41,595 bases of DNA from a virus (lineage: Duplodnaviria; Heunggongvirae; Uroviricota; Caudoviricetes). The DNA is taken from IMG/VR virus record IMGVR_UViG_2541047952_000001; one strand, given 5' to 3'. Shown here in pieces: positions 10,071 to 17,935 of the stretch. The position numbers were made by a program, and so were the translations under genes. Within the stretch, counting starts at the first letter, position 1, and each line of letters starts with the position of its first letter. The notes under the pieces were generated by a model. The model searched no databases. It was not told the origin of the DNA and saw only the letters and a list, made by a program, of their open reading frames with translations.

Positions 10071-10186
10071 TCCTGGTTAAATTTCATTTTTCGCGGGTAT
10101 AAAAAAACGATGGGGCGGGCAGTCCGGAAGACGTCAGGTCACAGGTATTTGACCCGCCCCTCCCCTCTGGCAGTGGGAACTGGTTC
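10071..10186 (-). other. putative cos/packaging region with terminator-like structure
   Basis: Non-coding stretch between HNH and terS, where HK97-like phages place cos. Contains an inverted repeat GGGGCGGG...(about 34 nt)...CCCGCCCC followed on the reverse strand by a T-run. Confidence 0.25.
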
Positions 10187-10537
10187 TTACTTCAGCCGTT
10201 CACGGGCCGTCTTCGCCTTATGACACGGCCAGCACAAACTCTGCAGATTGCAGTCGGCATCAGTGCCGCCATGCGCTTTAGCGATGATGTGGTCAACGGT
10301 TTTCGCCTCACGCACCACACCAGCACGCAGACATAACTGACACAGGCCTTTGTCACGCTTCAGCACACGCACGCGGATAACATCCCACTTCGAACCATAA
10401 CCGCGCTGATGACGGGACTGACCTGGCTTGTATTGCTTCCAGCCTTCGCTTTTGTGTAGCTCGCAGTAGCCTGATGAATCGGTTGTCGTGTTGCGGCAGC
10501 CTCTTGCTCTGCAAGCCTTTGGTGTGCGTGGTGGCAT
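10187..10537 (-). CDS. HNH homing-type endonuclease
   Basis: 116-aa ORF with several Cys/His zinc-binding pairs (CRARGC...CELH...DHIIAKAHGG...CWPCH) directly upstream of terS. Confidence 0.8.
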   Translation of the reverse strand: MPPRTPKACRARGCRNTTTDSSGYCELHKSEGWKQYKPGQSRHQRGYGSKWDVIRVRVLKRDKGLCQLCLRAGVVREAKTVDHIIAKAHGGTDADCNLQSLCWPCHKAKTARERLK

Positions 10538-10734
10538 TGTCCGCCCTTCTGTTATGTGTTTTTTGCAGGGAGCATAGTAGTGCTCATGTTAAGCCATTAC
10601 GATGGATCCGCCCATTGTGATGACTATAAAAATGCTTGTAGACAGATTAAGTAGCATTTACTCAAAGACGACAGCGATATAGTATTTAGTTATAGAAAAT
10701 GTGAGCCACAACAATTCTGGAAATATTCTTTATA

Positions 10735-10763
10735 TTTTTACGTGGCTAGTGATATAAAATAGA
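10735..10763 (+). promoter_or_regulatory. candidate sigma70 promoter for the plus-strand moron
   Basis: TTTACG, 17-nt spacer, TAGAAT in a very AT-rich tract about 35 nt upstream of the 10796 start; RBS AAGGA before the ATG. Confidence 0.3.
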
Positions 10764-10795
10764 ATTTATTTTTCATCTGATAAAGGAAAGTATTA

Positions 10796-11146
10796 ATGAC
10801 ATTAACATTAATTGGTGGCCGTATTAAAGGTAATGGCGGTGATGGCATTAGAGTCGAGGCCGGTAATCCTTTAGATTTAGTCATAATAGGTACTGATATC
10901 TCTGAAAATGAAGGACACGGAGTCAACTATAAAGATAATATCCAGGCTCTTCATGCAGCAGGAATTAGAGCTGAAACGCCTCTGGAACAACTAAAGCAGG
11001 CATATGAAGAGCTGGTAAGTAGCAAAGCTACTACTGAACAAGAGCAGCTAACTGTATTTGATAGAATAGGGTTTACAAAATACCTATCTTATGGGGCAAA
11101 TATTGCTACGATATGTAGCCTTCTATTTCAGATCTTCAATAAATAA
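10796..11146 (+). CDS. hypothetical moron protein (116 aa), unknown function
   Basis: Only plus-strand gene inside a minus-strand late operon; AT-rich with its own promoter-like sequence. Gly-rich N-terminal segment (GGRIKGNGGDGIRVEAGN) and hydrophobic C-terminus (GANIATICSLLFQIF). Confidence 0.5.
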   Translation: MTLTLIGGRIKGNGGDGIRVEAGNPLDLVIIGTDISENEGHGVNYKDNIQALHAAGIRAETPLEQLKQAYEELVSSKATTEQEQLTVFDRIGFTKYLSYGANIATICSLLFQIFNK

Positions 11147-11153
11147 GATTAGC

Positions 11154-11189
11154 TTTGACATGGCTTTTGAGATTGTTAGCCATGTCAAA
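11154..11189. terminator. strong hairpin between convergent genes
   Basis: Perfect 11-bp inverted repeat TTTGACATGGC / GCCATGTCAAA with a 14-nt loop, between the moron stop (11146) and the 67-aa gene stop (11258). Confidence 0.35.
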
Positions 11190-11257
11190 TGCTCGCTTCC
11201 GATACTATACAAATTTGCTATATCTCATACACTCAGTGAATGACTGCTGTAATGCCG

Positions 11258-11461
11258 CTAGTCGTCGAGTTGCAACACACCGCGCTCAAGTGACTCTGAG
11301 TAGGCGATCAGTCCTGTGTATTCAGGGATAATCTCGCCATCTTCTGCTTCGAATTTCGGGATTGTCCCGGTGGTGATGGTGTACTTGGGCTGGCCATCTT
11401 CTTTTGCGAAGGCTGACAGGTCTTCAATCTGTTTTGCTGTAAGAACTACTGTCATGCTCAT
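11258..11461 (-). CDS. hypothetical protein (67 aa)
   Basis: Acidic small ORF downstream of the spanin genes; no family recognised. Confidence 0.4.
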   Translation of the reverse strand: MSMTVVLTAKQIEDLSAFAKEDGQPKYTITTGTIPKFEAEDGEIIPEYTGLIAYSESLERGVLQLDD

Positions 11462-11484
11462 TCCTCAGTTGTTAAAAAACCCCA

Positions 11485-11742
11485 CTATTGCGAGGATCGT
11501 GATTGCTCAATCGTTCTAATATCTTCTTTATCCCTGTTACACATTCCCAGCGCCCCCATCAGACTCACATTCAGCTCCAGACTGGCACCATACGTCAGCG
11601 GATTAGGTATAAACGGTACAGGAGTATCAGAAGTCAGGCTGGGTGGCAGTGGTGCCACCGGAACGCTCACGTAAACTGTCCGCGTACTTCCGCAACCGGT
11701 CAGCAGCGGCAGCAGGCACAGCACGTGAAGCACAATCATCAT
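11485..11742 (-). CDS. o-spanin (Rz1-like outer-membrane lipoprotein)
   Basis: Internal start MMIVLHVLCLLPLLTGC gives a signal peptide with lipobox LLTGC and a Pro-rich mature part; it begins in the +1 frame inside the Rz-like gene and extends past it. Confidence 0.5.
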   Translation of the reverse strand: MMIVLHVLCLLPLLTGCGSTRTVYVSVPVAPLPPSLTSDTPVPFIPNPLTYGASLELNVSLMGALGMCNRDKEDIRTIEQSRSSQ

Positions 11743-12019
11743 CCGCAACAGCCATTTTGATATCTTCCTGGGTTCTCTGTGACCCCAGTGCGATCTGCTG
11801 TTTTGCATGCTGGTTAGCCTCCAGAACTGTATTGACGATTTGCAGTGATTGCAGGACGTTATTGGTAATGACAGTTGCCGATTTGGCATTTTGTACAGCC
11901 TCATCAGCACGTTTCTTTTCGTGCTGATATTTGCTGTAGTAGTGGTTGGCAGACCAGATGAAAGAACCGATGACAGTAAAGAAGAATGCAGCGATAACCA
12001 ACTTATAGCTCAACTTCAT
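11627..12019 (-). CDS. i-spanin (Rz-like)
   Basis: 130-aa ORF with an N-terminal transmembrane segment (KLVIAAFFFTVIGSFIW) and a coiled-coil periplasmic part, directly after the endolysin gene. Confidence 0.7.
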   Translation of the reverse strand: MKLSYKLVIAAFFFTVIGSFIWSANHYYSKYQHEKKRADEAVQNAKSATVITNNVLQSLQIVNTVLEANQHAKQQIALGSQRTQEDIKMAVADDDCASRAVPAAAADRLRKYADSLRERSGGTTATQPDF

Positions 12020-12479
12020 TTACCACCCCACCAGCCTCTTTAAACCGGGCAATCAGATCACCGATTTTATGTTCATACTGACCGTAACCAGCACCCGGCA
12101 ATGAAGCCCAGATATTGCTGCAACGGTCGATTGCCTGACGGATATCACCGCGATCAATCATCGGCAAAGCGCCACGCTCTTTAATCTGTTGCAATGCCAC
12201 AGCGTCCTGACTTTTGGGAGAGAAGTCTTTCAGGCCAAGCTGATTACGGTAGGCATCCCACCAACGGGAAAGAAGCTGGTAACGTCCGGCGGCTGTTGAT
12301 TTGAGTTTGGGGTTTAGCGTGACAAGTTTGCGAGGGTGATCGGAGTAATCAGTAAACATTTCACCACCGACAATAACATCATAACCGTGGTTACGTGTCG
12401 GTTGTCGCCCGTTATCCGTTCCTTCTGACCATGCAACCATATCCAGGAAAGCTTTACGCTGGGAATTTAGTACCTGCAT
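12003..12479 (-). CDS. endolysin (lambda R-type lytic transglycosylase)
   Basis: 158-aa protein MQVLNSQRKAFLDMVAWSEGTDNGRQPTRNHGYDVIVGG...SLPGAGYGQYEHK, recalled as nearly identical to lambda R. Confidence 0.9.
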   Translation of the reverse strand: MQVLNSQRKAFLDMVAWSEGTDNGRQPTRNHGYDVIVGGEMFTDYSDHPRKLVTLNPKLKSTAAGRYQLLSRWWDAYRNQLGLKDFSPKSQDAVALQQIKERGALPMIDRGDIRQAIDRCSNIWASLPGAGYGQYEHKIGDLIARFKEAGGVVNEVEL

Positions 12480-12482
12480 AAA

Positions 12483-12833
12483 TTACTCCTTAGAGCCACC
12501 AAACTTGTTACCGATTACTCTCATTGCAGCCCCACGAATAGCATCGACACCGATCAACCCAACGCCACCACCAATGGCAACAGAAAGCGATTTAGGCCAT
12601 CCGACATACTCAAGAGCGGATGCAAAAGTCAGCGTCAGAGCGCCGCAGAGCAAAATCTCGAGCGTTTTTCGCTTCCAGCCACCACCACCGCCAAAATAGG
12701 CAATGCGCAAGCCAGCCATAACGATCGACATAATTACTGCGCCCAGCGGTGTGTCTCCACGCCACCAGCTCTGTAACAATTCAAGTAAGTCAGACCAGGA
12801 ATGAGGATCGTTATGCATTTTCATAATTCCCAC
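12483..12833 (-). CDS. holin (lambda S-like, three predicted TM segments; possible dual-start motif)
   Basis: 116-aa ORF directly upstream of the endolysin; N-terminus MGIMKMHNDPH has closely spaced Met codons as in holin/antiholin pairs. Confidence 0.75.
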   Translation of the reverse strand: MGIMKMHNDPHSWSDLLELLQSWWRGDTPLGAVIMSIVMAGLRIAYFGGGGGWKRKTLEILLCGALTLTFASALEYVGWPKSLSVAIGGGVGLIGVDAIRGAAMRVIGNKFGGSKE

Positions 12834-12911
12834 CTCCGGTTATCGGAAGTGCAACGAGTGAAGGGAAAGAAGCTGGTTATAGCGCTGAGTCGCAAAAGTT
12901 GCGTAGTGCAC

Positions 12912-12944
12912 AAAAAAGGCCGCCCACAGGCAGCCTCTTTTTAT
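12912..12944. terminator. hairpin flanked by A-run and T-run (bidirectional terminator-like)
   Basis: AAAAAA-GGCCGCCcacaGGCAGCC-TCTTTTTAT between the Zn-ribbon gene stop (12956) and the holin start (12833). Confidence 0.4.
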
Positions 12945-12955
12945 AATTCATTGAG

Positions 12956-13198
12956 TTAACAACATTTAAATGCTGGTGGTATAGAAGGTTTTTCACCAGA
13001 ACGACAAGCCGGACACCATGACTGAACGATATGCCTTCCGTCTCCCATATCCCTATAACCAAAGTCTATTGTTTTATAAAAAACGTGCACTCCGGCATCA
13101 GCAGAACATTTTGGGCAAGATTTATATTCAACGCCATCTTGTTCAACTTCTCGTGAATAACTTAATGACTGCTCACAAACAGAACAACGCTCCACCAT
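12956..13198 (-). CDS. small Cys-rich (zinc-ribbon-like) protein, first gene after tR'
   Basis: 80-aa ORF with three CxxC pairs (CSVC, CPKC, CPAC) and a terminal CC; RBS AGGAGAG; occupies the Q-to-holin slot. Confidence 0.5.
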   Translation of the reverse strand: MVERCSVCEQSLSYSREVEQDGVEYKSCPKCSADAGVHVFYKTIDFGYRDMGDGRHIVQSWCPACRSGEKPSIPPAFKCC

Positions 13199-13352
13199 AT
13201 ATGCTCTCCTGTTTTTGATAGAGATTTATGGGTAGCAATTCCATTCAAAAGAAACATTGAAGGGTGTCACTTTTTCAAAATGAGCGTAGCTGGCTGCCAG
13301 TTTTTTGTACAACACACTTTAAGGAAGGAGAGCCTTAAAAACACAATTGACA

Positions 13353-13380
13353 TCAATAAAAAACCGCTCGGTGGCGGTTT
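13353..13380 (-). terminator. tR'-like intrinsic terminator downstream of Q
   Basis: Reverse strand reads AAACCGCcaccgaGCGGTTT followed by TTTTTTATT, about 100 nt downstream of the Q stop. Confidence 0.55.
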
Positions 13381-13486
13381 CTTGAAGATTATCAACGGTA
13401 GACACACAAAGCCCATCGTTAGGAGAATCCTAACCAAATTTTTTGAAAAATGCAAGAATCATGTCGCCATCTTCGGCGAAAATCAT
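13381..13486 (-). promoter_or_regulatory. late promoter (PR'-like) and candidate Q-utilisation region
   Basis: Between the Q stop and the tR'-like terminator; contains the perfect palindrome GTTAGGAgaaTCCTAAC (13418..13434) and promoter-like hexamers on the reverse strand. Confidence 0.35.
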
Positions 13487-14266
13487 TTATCTCGTCACTT
13501 TTCTTAATTGCGCCTCAGCATATGCTTCTTCCTGCCAGCACTTTGTCACCAGTTTATCAATGACATCTGCATATCCTTTGTACCACTGATAATCCGTCAG
13601 GTCTGGTACCAGCTTCTGGACATGATGCCGCGCCAGTGTGGTTGGTAAACGGCTAAACCGATTTCCATTGCAACGCCCACAAATCTTATAAACAGGCGTG
13701 CCATGAAGCCGGGTCCTTTTTTCATCCAGGACAATACCTTTACCCTTACACCCTCTGCACGCTGTGCTGACTTCTCCCTTACCATGACAATGCTGACATA
13801 GTTCCTTCACCCACTCTTCCTTGATAACAGATTCCCCGCTTCTGGAGTGTTTCACCACTTCGCGCAATACATTATGAAATCCAGTACCAGCACAATGCTC
13901 ACAGCGAGCCTTACTTGCCGCAGACCTGGAATAATCAGCAAAGGCAAAATTCACAAGGTAAGGAATAATCTGTAGCCGGGTTTCTTCACTCAATTTATTC
14001 AATGTCGGGTTATCCAGTGCCATCGCGTAATTGAGCAGACCTTCAATCGCAAACTGAGGATCCTGAACACCAACTTTTGCCAGGAATAAGGCAAACCCAA
14101 GCGGTGCTTTCGACTGCACCATCCCCTGCGCAGCCATCACATCCGTAATTGTTAAACCACCAGAGCCTGTCGCCGGTGCGTCATCGCTCAATTTTGGAGA
14201 TTTTGGGGAGTAATATTTCGGTAAGGCTTCAAGGTTCATGCTCGTTCTCCACTTACGCCAGTACAC
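13487..14266 (-). CDS. late antiterminator Q (zinc-finger type)
   Basis: 259-aa ORF with Cys clusters (CEHCAGTG...CQHCHGKG...CRGCKGKG...CGRCNGN) directly upstream of PR'/tR' and the lysis cassette. Confidence 0.7.
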   Translation of the reverse strand: MYWRKWRTSMNLEALPKYYSPKSPKLSDDAPATGSGGLTITDVMAAQGMVQSKAPLGFALFLAKVGVQDPQFAIEGLLNYAMALDNPTLNKLSEETRLQIIPYLVNFAFADYSRSAASKARCEHCAGTGFHNVLREVVKHSRSGESVIKEEWVKELCQHCHGKGEVSTACRGCKGKGIVLDEKRTRLHGTPVYKICGRCNGNRFSRLPTTLARHHVQKLVPDLTDYQWYKGYADVIDKLVTKCWQEEAYAEAQLRKVTR

Positions 14267-15248
14267 CTATTGCCAGCGCACGATCGATAAAACGAAATAT
14301 CAGCTCCAGCTGGGAGCCATACTTCTCTTCAAATGCCACGGTATCCGCATGCAGCTCGTCGTGATGCTTTCTGCACAAAGGCAACACAAAGAGGTCATGC
14401 CCTTTTGTTCCCATTCCACCCTGACCGTGACCTATCAGGTGGTGGGGATCATCAGCAGGCTTTCCACAACATGCACACGGCTGTGTCTTAACCCAGCGCG
14501 TGTACTTTTCATTAACCCAGCGGCGACGTTTTGGGCGTAACATAAAAGACTCCGGCGACTCCGGATCCACTTTCAGCGCCAGCACCTTTTTCGCCTTATC
14601 CTGGATGATGCTGGTGGCAGGAACCGAAGGCACAAGGTCACTTTCCCGGGTGACAGACGGCACAACAGGATTCGGTAATCTCAGTGCCTTACGGGCTGCA
14701 CTTTCCGGTAAGGCGTCCGCCAGGTCATTACGAATCAGCCACCAGCACAGTTCCGGCATTGTCACAACGTGACTGTCATCAAAACCGAGATCCCGACGCA
14801 CAACAGACAACACCCAGCGGGCACAGTTATCCGTTGCCATTGATTCCAGCCGTTCCGTGAACTGATCGCGCAGCTGGTTATCGCAGTGCCAGCACAGACG
14901 GATTGCGCCCGGAGCGTGTCGCATTGTTGTCATGTTCTCGCTGTGCCAGTCGGAATGAAGCCACTGGCAGCCTTTTTCACGAAGTAACCAGCTTTCAAGA
15001 CATTCCACGCCACCAGCACGACGGATCACTGCCTCATTGCGGAACACGGCCCGAACGGCAGGATCATCCGCCAGCGGTTGTGATGCCGCGGGAACGGCAC
15101 CACTGGCGAAAGATGAATAACGTTCCGGCTCAGGCTCCAGCAGGACACGCCCCTGCATAAACAAGGGCATCAGCTCTGAACCTGGCCTGAACAATACGAT
15201 CCCCATACGCGGGGCAATTTCAGGGGTCAGTAGTGCTCTCACGGTCAC
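14253..15248 (-). CDS. NinG/Rap-like protein with C-terminal HNH-like zinc motif
   Basis: 331-aa ORF in the nin-type region; C-terminal CACCGKPADDPHHLIGHG...CRKHHDELH resembles the Zn/HNH motif of lambda NinG-type recombination nucleases. Confidence 0.55.
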   Translation of the reverse strand: MTVRALLTPEIAPRMGIVLFRPGSELMPLFMQGRVLLEPEPERYSSFASGAVPAASQPLADDPAVRAVFRNEAVIRRAGGVECLESWLLREKGCQWLHSDWHSENMTTMRHAPGAIRLCWHCDNQLRDQFTERLESMATDNCARWVLSVVRRDLGFDDSHVVTMPELCWWLIRNDLADALPESAARKALRLPNPVVPSVTRESDLVPSVPATSIIQDKAKKVLALKVDPESPESFMLRPKRRRWVNEKYTRWVKTQPCACCGKPADDPHHLIGHGQGGMGTKGHDLFVLPLCRKHHDELHADTVAFEEKYGSQLELIFRFIDRALAIGVLA

Positions 15249-15249
15249 C

Positions 15250-16092
15250 TCAATGAACGGTATCGAGCAGCTTTAACAGCTCTGGGAATCGGGATTCGAA
15301 GAAATGCGGCTGCGTCTCGCGCGGATTTGCGGGACTGGTGATGTTCTTGCCGAACATGCAGCCTTTCGCTGTCAGCGACCAGAATTTTTTGATGTTGTTA
15401 ATCGCGGTACGGCTGTATCGTTCGCGCTGCTCGACGATCCCCAGCTTCACCATCTGGTGATATGCCTGATTAGCCGTCAGGCGGATACCATACTGTTTCA
15501 GCAGTGCACTCAGCGACAGCGTGGGGCGACTTGAGCCATCAGGCGCGTCAGCAGGAGCCTCAATGGCATAGCGCGGTGCCAGATTCGGTAAGCCAACAGC
15601 CTCCTGGAGTTTCTGACAGGCACCAAGCACAGATGAGTTAGACAGGTTTAACTCCCGACGCATAAAGTCCAGCAGAATCACACCAGCCTGCATCTTGTCA
15701 GCAGCCTGCCCGGATAATTTTTCCGGTGCGCTGGTTACCATATCGAAAGTACGGATCACCTTCAGATGGAATGACGGACTGATCCACATTGCATAGGCAT
15801 ACACCAGTTCTTTGCAGACATACGTTCCCCGTTCATTGCCCCCATGAATCACACTCACCGGGTCAACACCCAAATTCTGGGTGTTGGTCAATTCATGAAC
15901 AAGCTCAACAGTTTGTTGGCTGGAAAGAAACTTTCCTGGCTCCTTGGTTCTGGCATTTGCACCAGATGCTACTGCTGCGCGATGCAGATCGTTCAGGCTG
16001 TAACGCCCATAAGCATCACAACGAACTTCAATACCATCAATGACCATCAGATTATTCATACTTCGTTTCTCCTCTTGATCAGGCGGCTGCAC
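15250..16092 (-). CDS. KilA-N domain protein
   Basis: 280-aa ORF; N-terminal region (NLMVIDGIEVRCDAYGRYSLNDLHRAA) resembles KilA-N domains; nin-region position. Confidence 0.55.
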   Translation of the reverse strand: MQPPDQEEKRSMNNLMVIDGIEVRCDAYGRYSLNDLHRAAVASGANARTKEPGKFLSSQQTVELVHELTNTQNLGVDPVSVIHGGNERGTYVCKELVYAYAMWISPSFHLKVIRTFDMVTSAPEKLSGQAADKMQAGVILLDFMRRELNLSNSSVLGACQKLQEAVGLPNLAPRYAIEAPADAPDGSSRPTLSLSALLKQYGIRLTANQAYHQMVKLGIVEQRERYSRTAINNIKKFWSLTAKGCMFGKNITSPANPRETQPHFFESRFPELLKLLDTVH

Positions 16093-16468
16093 CCGCCGTT
16101 TTCTCGTACTTACTGATAGTGATCTCGACCTTCCCTTCCGGGATAACCGATCCCCACTCCACCAGCATTCTTTTCACCTGACTGTCGTCTTCCCACACCC
16201 CCGCGTGGGTCAGGGCGTCAAACAGCGCCTTGTTATAGTTGTCCAGATCGCGGATCCTGTTATCCGGAGGAAACAACACGATCTCCACTGAAGCAGGTGC
16301 CGACGTTGGTTTCGGCAGACGACGTAACTGCTCAACTATTGCTGCGCACGCCGCGCTCTGGAATTTTCGCCCCGCCGCGCTTATCAGGCTCTTACCAGCA
16401 AACGCCCCTTTGTTGGGGTGTCGCCAGTACGTGTTCACGCTGGGTGGAAAAGGCAGGATCAGCTTCAT
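16079..16468 (-). CDS. rusA: Holliday junction resolvase RusA
   Basis: 129-aa protein MKLILPFPPSVNTYWRH...RDLDNYNKALFDALTHAGVWEDDSQV, matching conserved RusA motifs. Confidence 0.85.
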   Translation of the reverse strand: MKLILPFPPSVNTYWRHPNKGAFAGKSLISAAGRKFQSAACAAIVEQLRRLPKPTSAPASVEIVLFPPDNRIRDLDNYNKALFDALTHAGVWEDDSQVKRMLVEWGSVIPEGKVEITISKYEKTAGAAA

Positions 16469-16791
16469 ACTTTCAGGCCCCTCTCATGTAACCAGTGGGT
16501 TGCACGCAGCCTTGCGTTTTCCTCACCGGCAAGCAGTGAGCGGATAATCCCGACCGCCTCGCTGTCGTCGTCCTTCACCGCGGTATGAAGCGTGATGCCC
16601 CGGGCCACGCCACGCTTTATCGTGATGACGCCTTTTTTCTCCAGTGCGCGAAGATGCTCCACCGCTGCATTCACTGAACGGTATCCCAGCATGGTTGCCA
16701 CCTCCTGATTGGTTGGCGGGAAGCCACGTTCTTTCTGATAAGAAATCAGCATATCCAGCACCTGCTGCTGGCATTGAGTTAACGTCGTCAT
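16465..16791 (-). CDS. LexA N-terminal DNA-binding-domain protein (no peptidase domain)
   Basis: 108-aa ORF QQQVLDMLISYQKERGFPPTNQEVATMLGYRSVNAAVEHLRALEKKGVI resembles the LexA winged-helix domain; no S24 catalytic region follows. Confidence 0.6.
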   Translation of the reverse strand: MTTLTQCQQQVLDMLISYQKERGFPPTNQEVATMLGYRSVNAAVEHLRALEKKGVITIKRGVARGITLHTAVKDDDSEAVGIIRSLLAGEENARLRATHWLHERGLKV

Positions 16792-17441
16792 GCCGCCATC
16801 TCCCTGACCAGTTTTTCTGCCTGCTGGCGAACCTGCGCCAGAAAGGCCTCACCACATGCCTCAAGTTCATCGCGCCCGATGTAGCTGATTGCCGGTCCCT
16901 TCCAGGTCTTGTCGAAAACAGCAATAGCACCAGCGAAGAAAGCGCCTGTCGGCACCTGCTTCTCATCCTTCGGGATAAACCAGGCAGGCAGTTCAAAACC
17001 AATACGCCCGCGAATAAAAGCAATATGATCTGCATCTTCCGGCCACCACACTTCGCTGGTGGCAGCTTTGATCAGGAAAACATAGCGCCCGCCTTTATCA
17101 CGCATGGCACTGGCATGCTTCATGATGTAACGCATGCCGGTAATGTATTGCCCCTCATGCTGACTGGCGCGGCTGTATGGGGGATTACCAAAGGCAGCAC
17201 CTTTAAGCTCCGCAAGGCGTTCTGACCAGTCATGCGCCAGCGCGTTGTCTTCCGCCGTGTAATACGCAGCACATTTGGCGTTATCACCGTCAGTGAACAG
17301 ATCCAGAACAAACGGGCCAAACAGGGTGTTAATTCCCCAGAAAATGTTGTCCGGCGTGCGCCACTGATCGCCCACTTCCTTCAGTTCATGGGCTGGTTTG
17401 TTCCGCAGTTCCGCCAGCGCCTGGCAATATTTATTACTCAT
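16788..17441 (-). CDS. phage DNA N6-adenine methyltransferase (Dam-like)
   Basis: Contains FGNPPY. Preferred start MSNKYCQ at 17441 is translationally coupled (TAATG) to the upstream gene; the ORF track begins at 17474. Confidence 0.75.
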   Translation of the reverse strand: MSNKYCQALAELRNKPAHELKEVGDQWRTPDNIFWGINTLFGPFVLDLFTDGDNAKCAAYYTAEDNALAHDWSERLAELKGAAFGNPPYSRASQHEGQYITGMRYIMKHASAMRDKGGRYVFLIKAATSEVWWPEDADHIAFIRGRIGFELPAWFIPKDEKQVPTGAFFAGAIAVFDKTWKGPAISYIGRDELEACGEAFLAQVRQQAEKLVREMAA

Positions 17442-17935
17442 TAAGCCCCCACGTAATTCCCTGAGAGATACCACTCTTCACCTGATGCAGCCTGCTTACT
17501 GCTTTTCCGTAAACACCGTTCACGACGCGCCAGAAAATTGTTTCGTTCTGGCTGGGAGTGGCTTTCACGGAATGCCGCCATCCACACGGTTGCAGCACGA
17601 CGGTATAAGCCCCTGGACTCCAGTTCTTCAGCCTGGCGGGTCAGGCACAAAATCACCCGGGGATCGTTAGTGCCGACATAGAAATTGCGCACAGGTCTGG
17701 TTTCTCGAACTGGTTGTGGTTCCGGTTCCTGCGCTCTCTCAGTCAGGCGCGGGAAATGTCTGCGTGTATCTCCTTCACAACGGTGAGCCACACGCCCACT
17801 CTGACGTAACTTGCTTGCTGACTGCAGAACGCGCTGCCGTGAGTAACCTGCAAAAGCATCCGCAATGTCTCCGGAAGTACATCCCGGATGGGCTTCAATG
17901 AATTTCTGAACTTCATTCAAAAGACTCATTATCAC
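17441..17935 (-). CDS. putative regulatory protein (PerC/ANR-like C-terminal region)
   Basis: 164-aa ORF overlapping the replication gene stop by 4 nt; C-terminal LESRGLYRRAATVWMAAF is reminiscent of PerC-family activators. Weak assignment. Confidence 0.4.
   Translation of the reverse strand: MIMSLLNEVQKFIEAHPGCTSGDIADAFAGYSRQRVLQSASKLRQSGRVAHRCEGDTRRHFPRLTERAQEPEPQPVRETRPVRNFYVGTNDPRVILCLTRQAEELESRGLYRRAATVWMAAFRESHSQPERNNFLARRERCLRKSSKQAASGEEWYLSGNYVGA

Noticed and set aside
9868-10223. Plus-strand ORFs spanning terS and the HNH-terS gap
   Set aside because: Antisense to the terminase small subunit; they cross the putative cos region and have Arg/Ser-rich artefact composition.
12840-13490. 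tRNA genes or toxin cargo between Q and the lysis genes
   Set aside because: Read for cloverleaf-compatible sequence and for large ORFs; found only the 80-aa Cys-rich ORF and terminator hairpins, with no tRNA-like acceptor or T-arm motifs.
16523-17225. Overlapping 170-aa and 193-aa ORFs
   Set aside because: They lie across the boundary of the methyltransferase and LexA-domain genes in other frames; the annotated genes have recognisable motifs (FGNPPY, LexA-type HTH).
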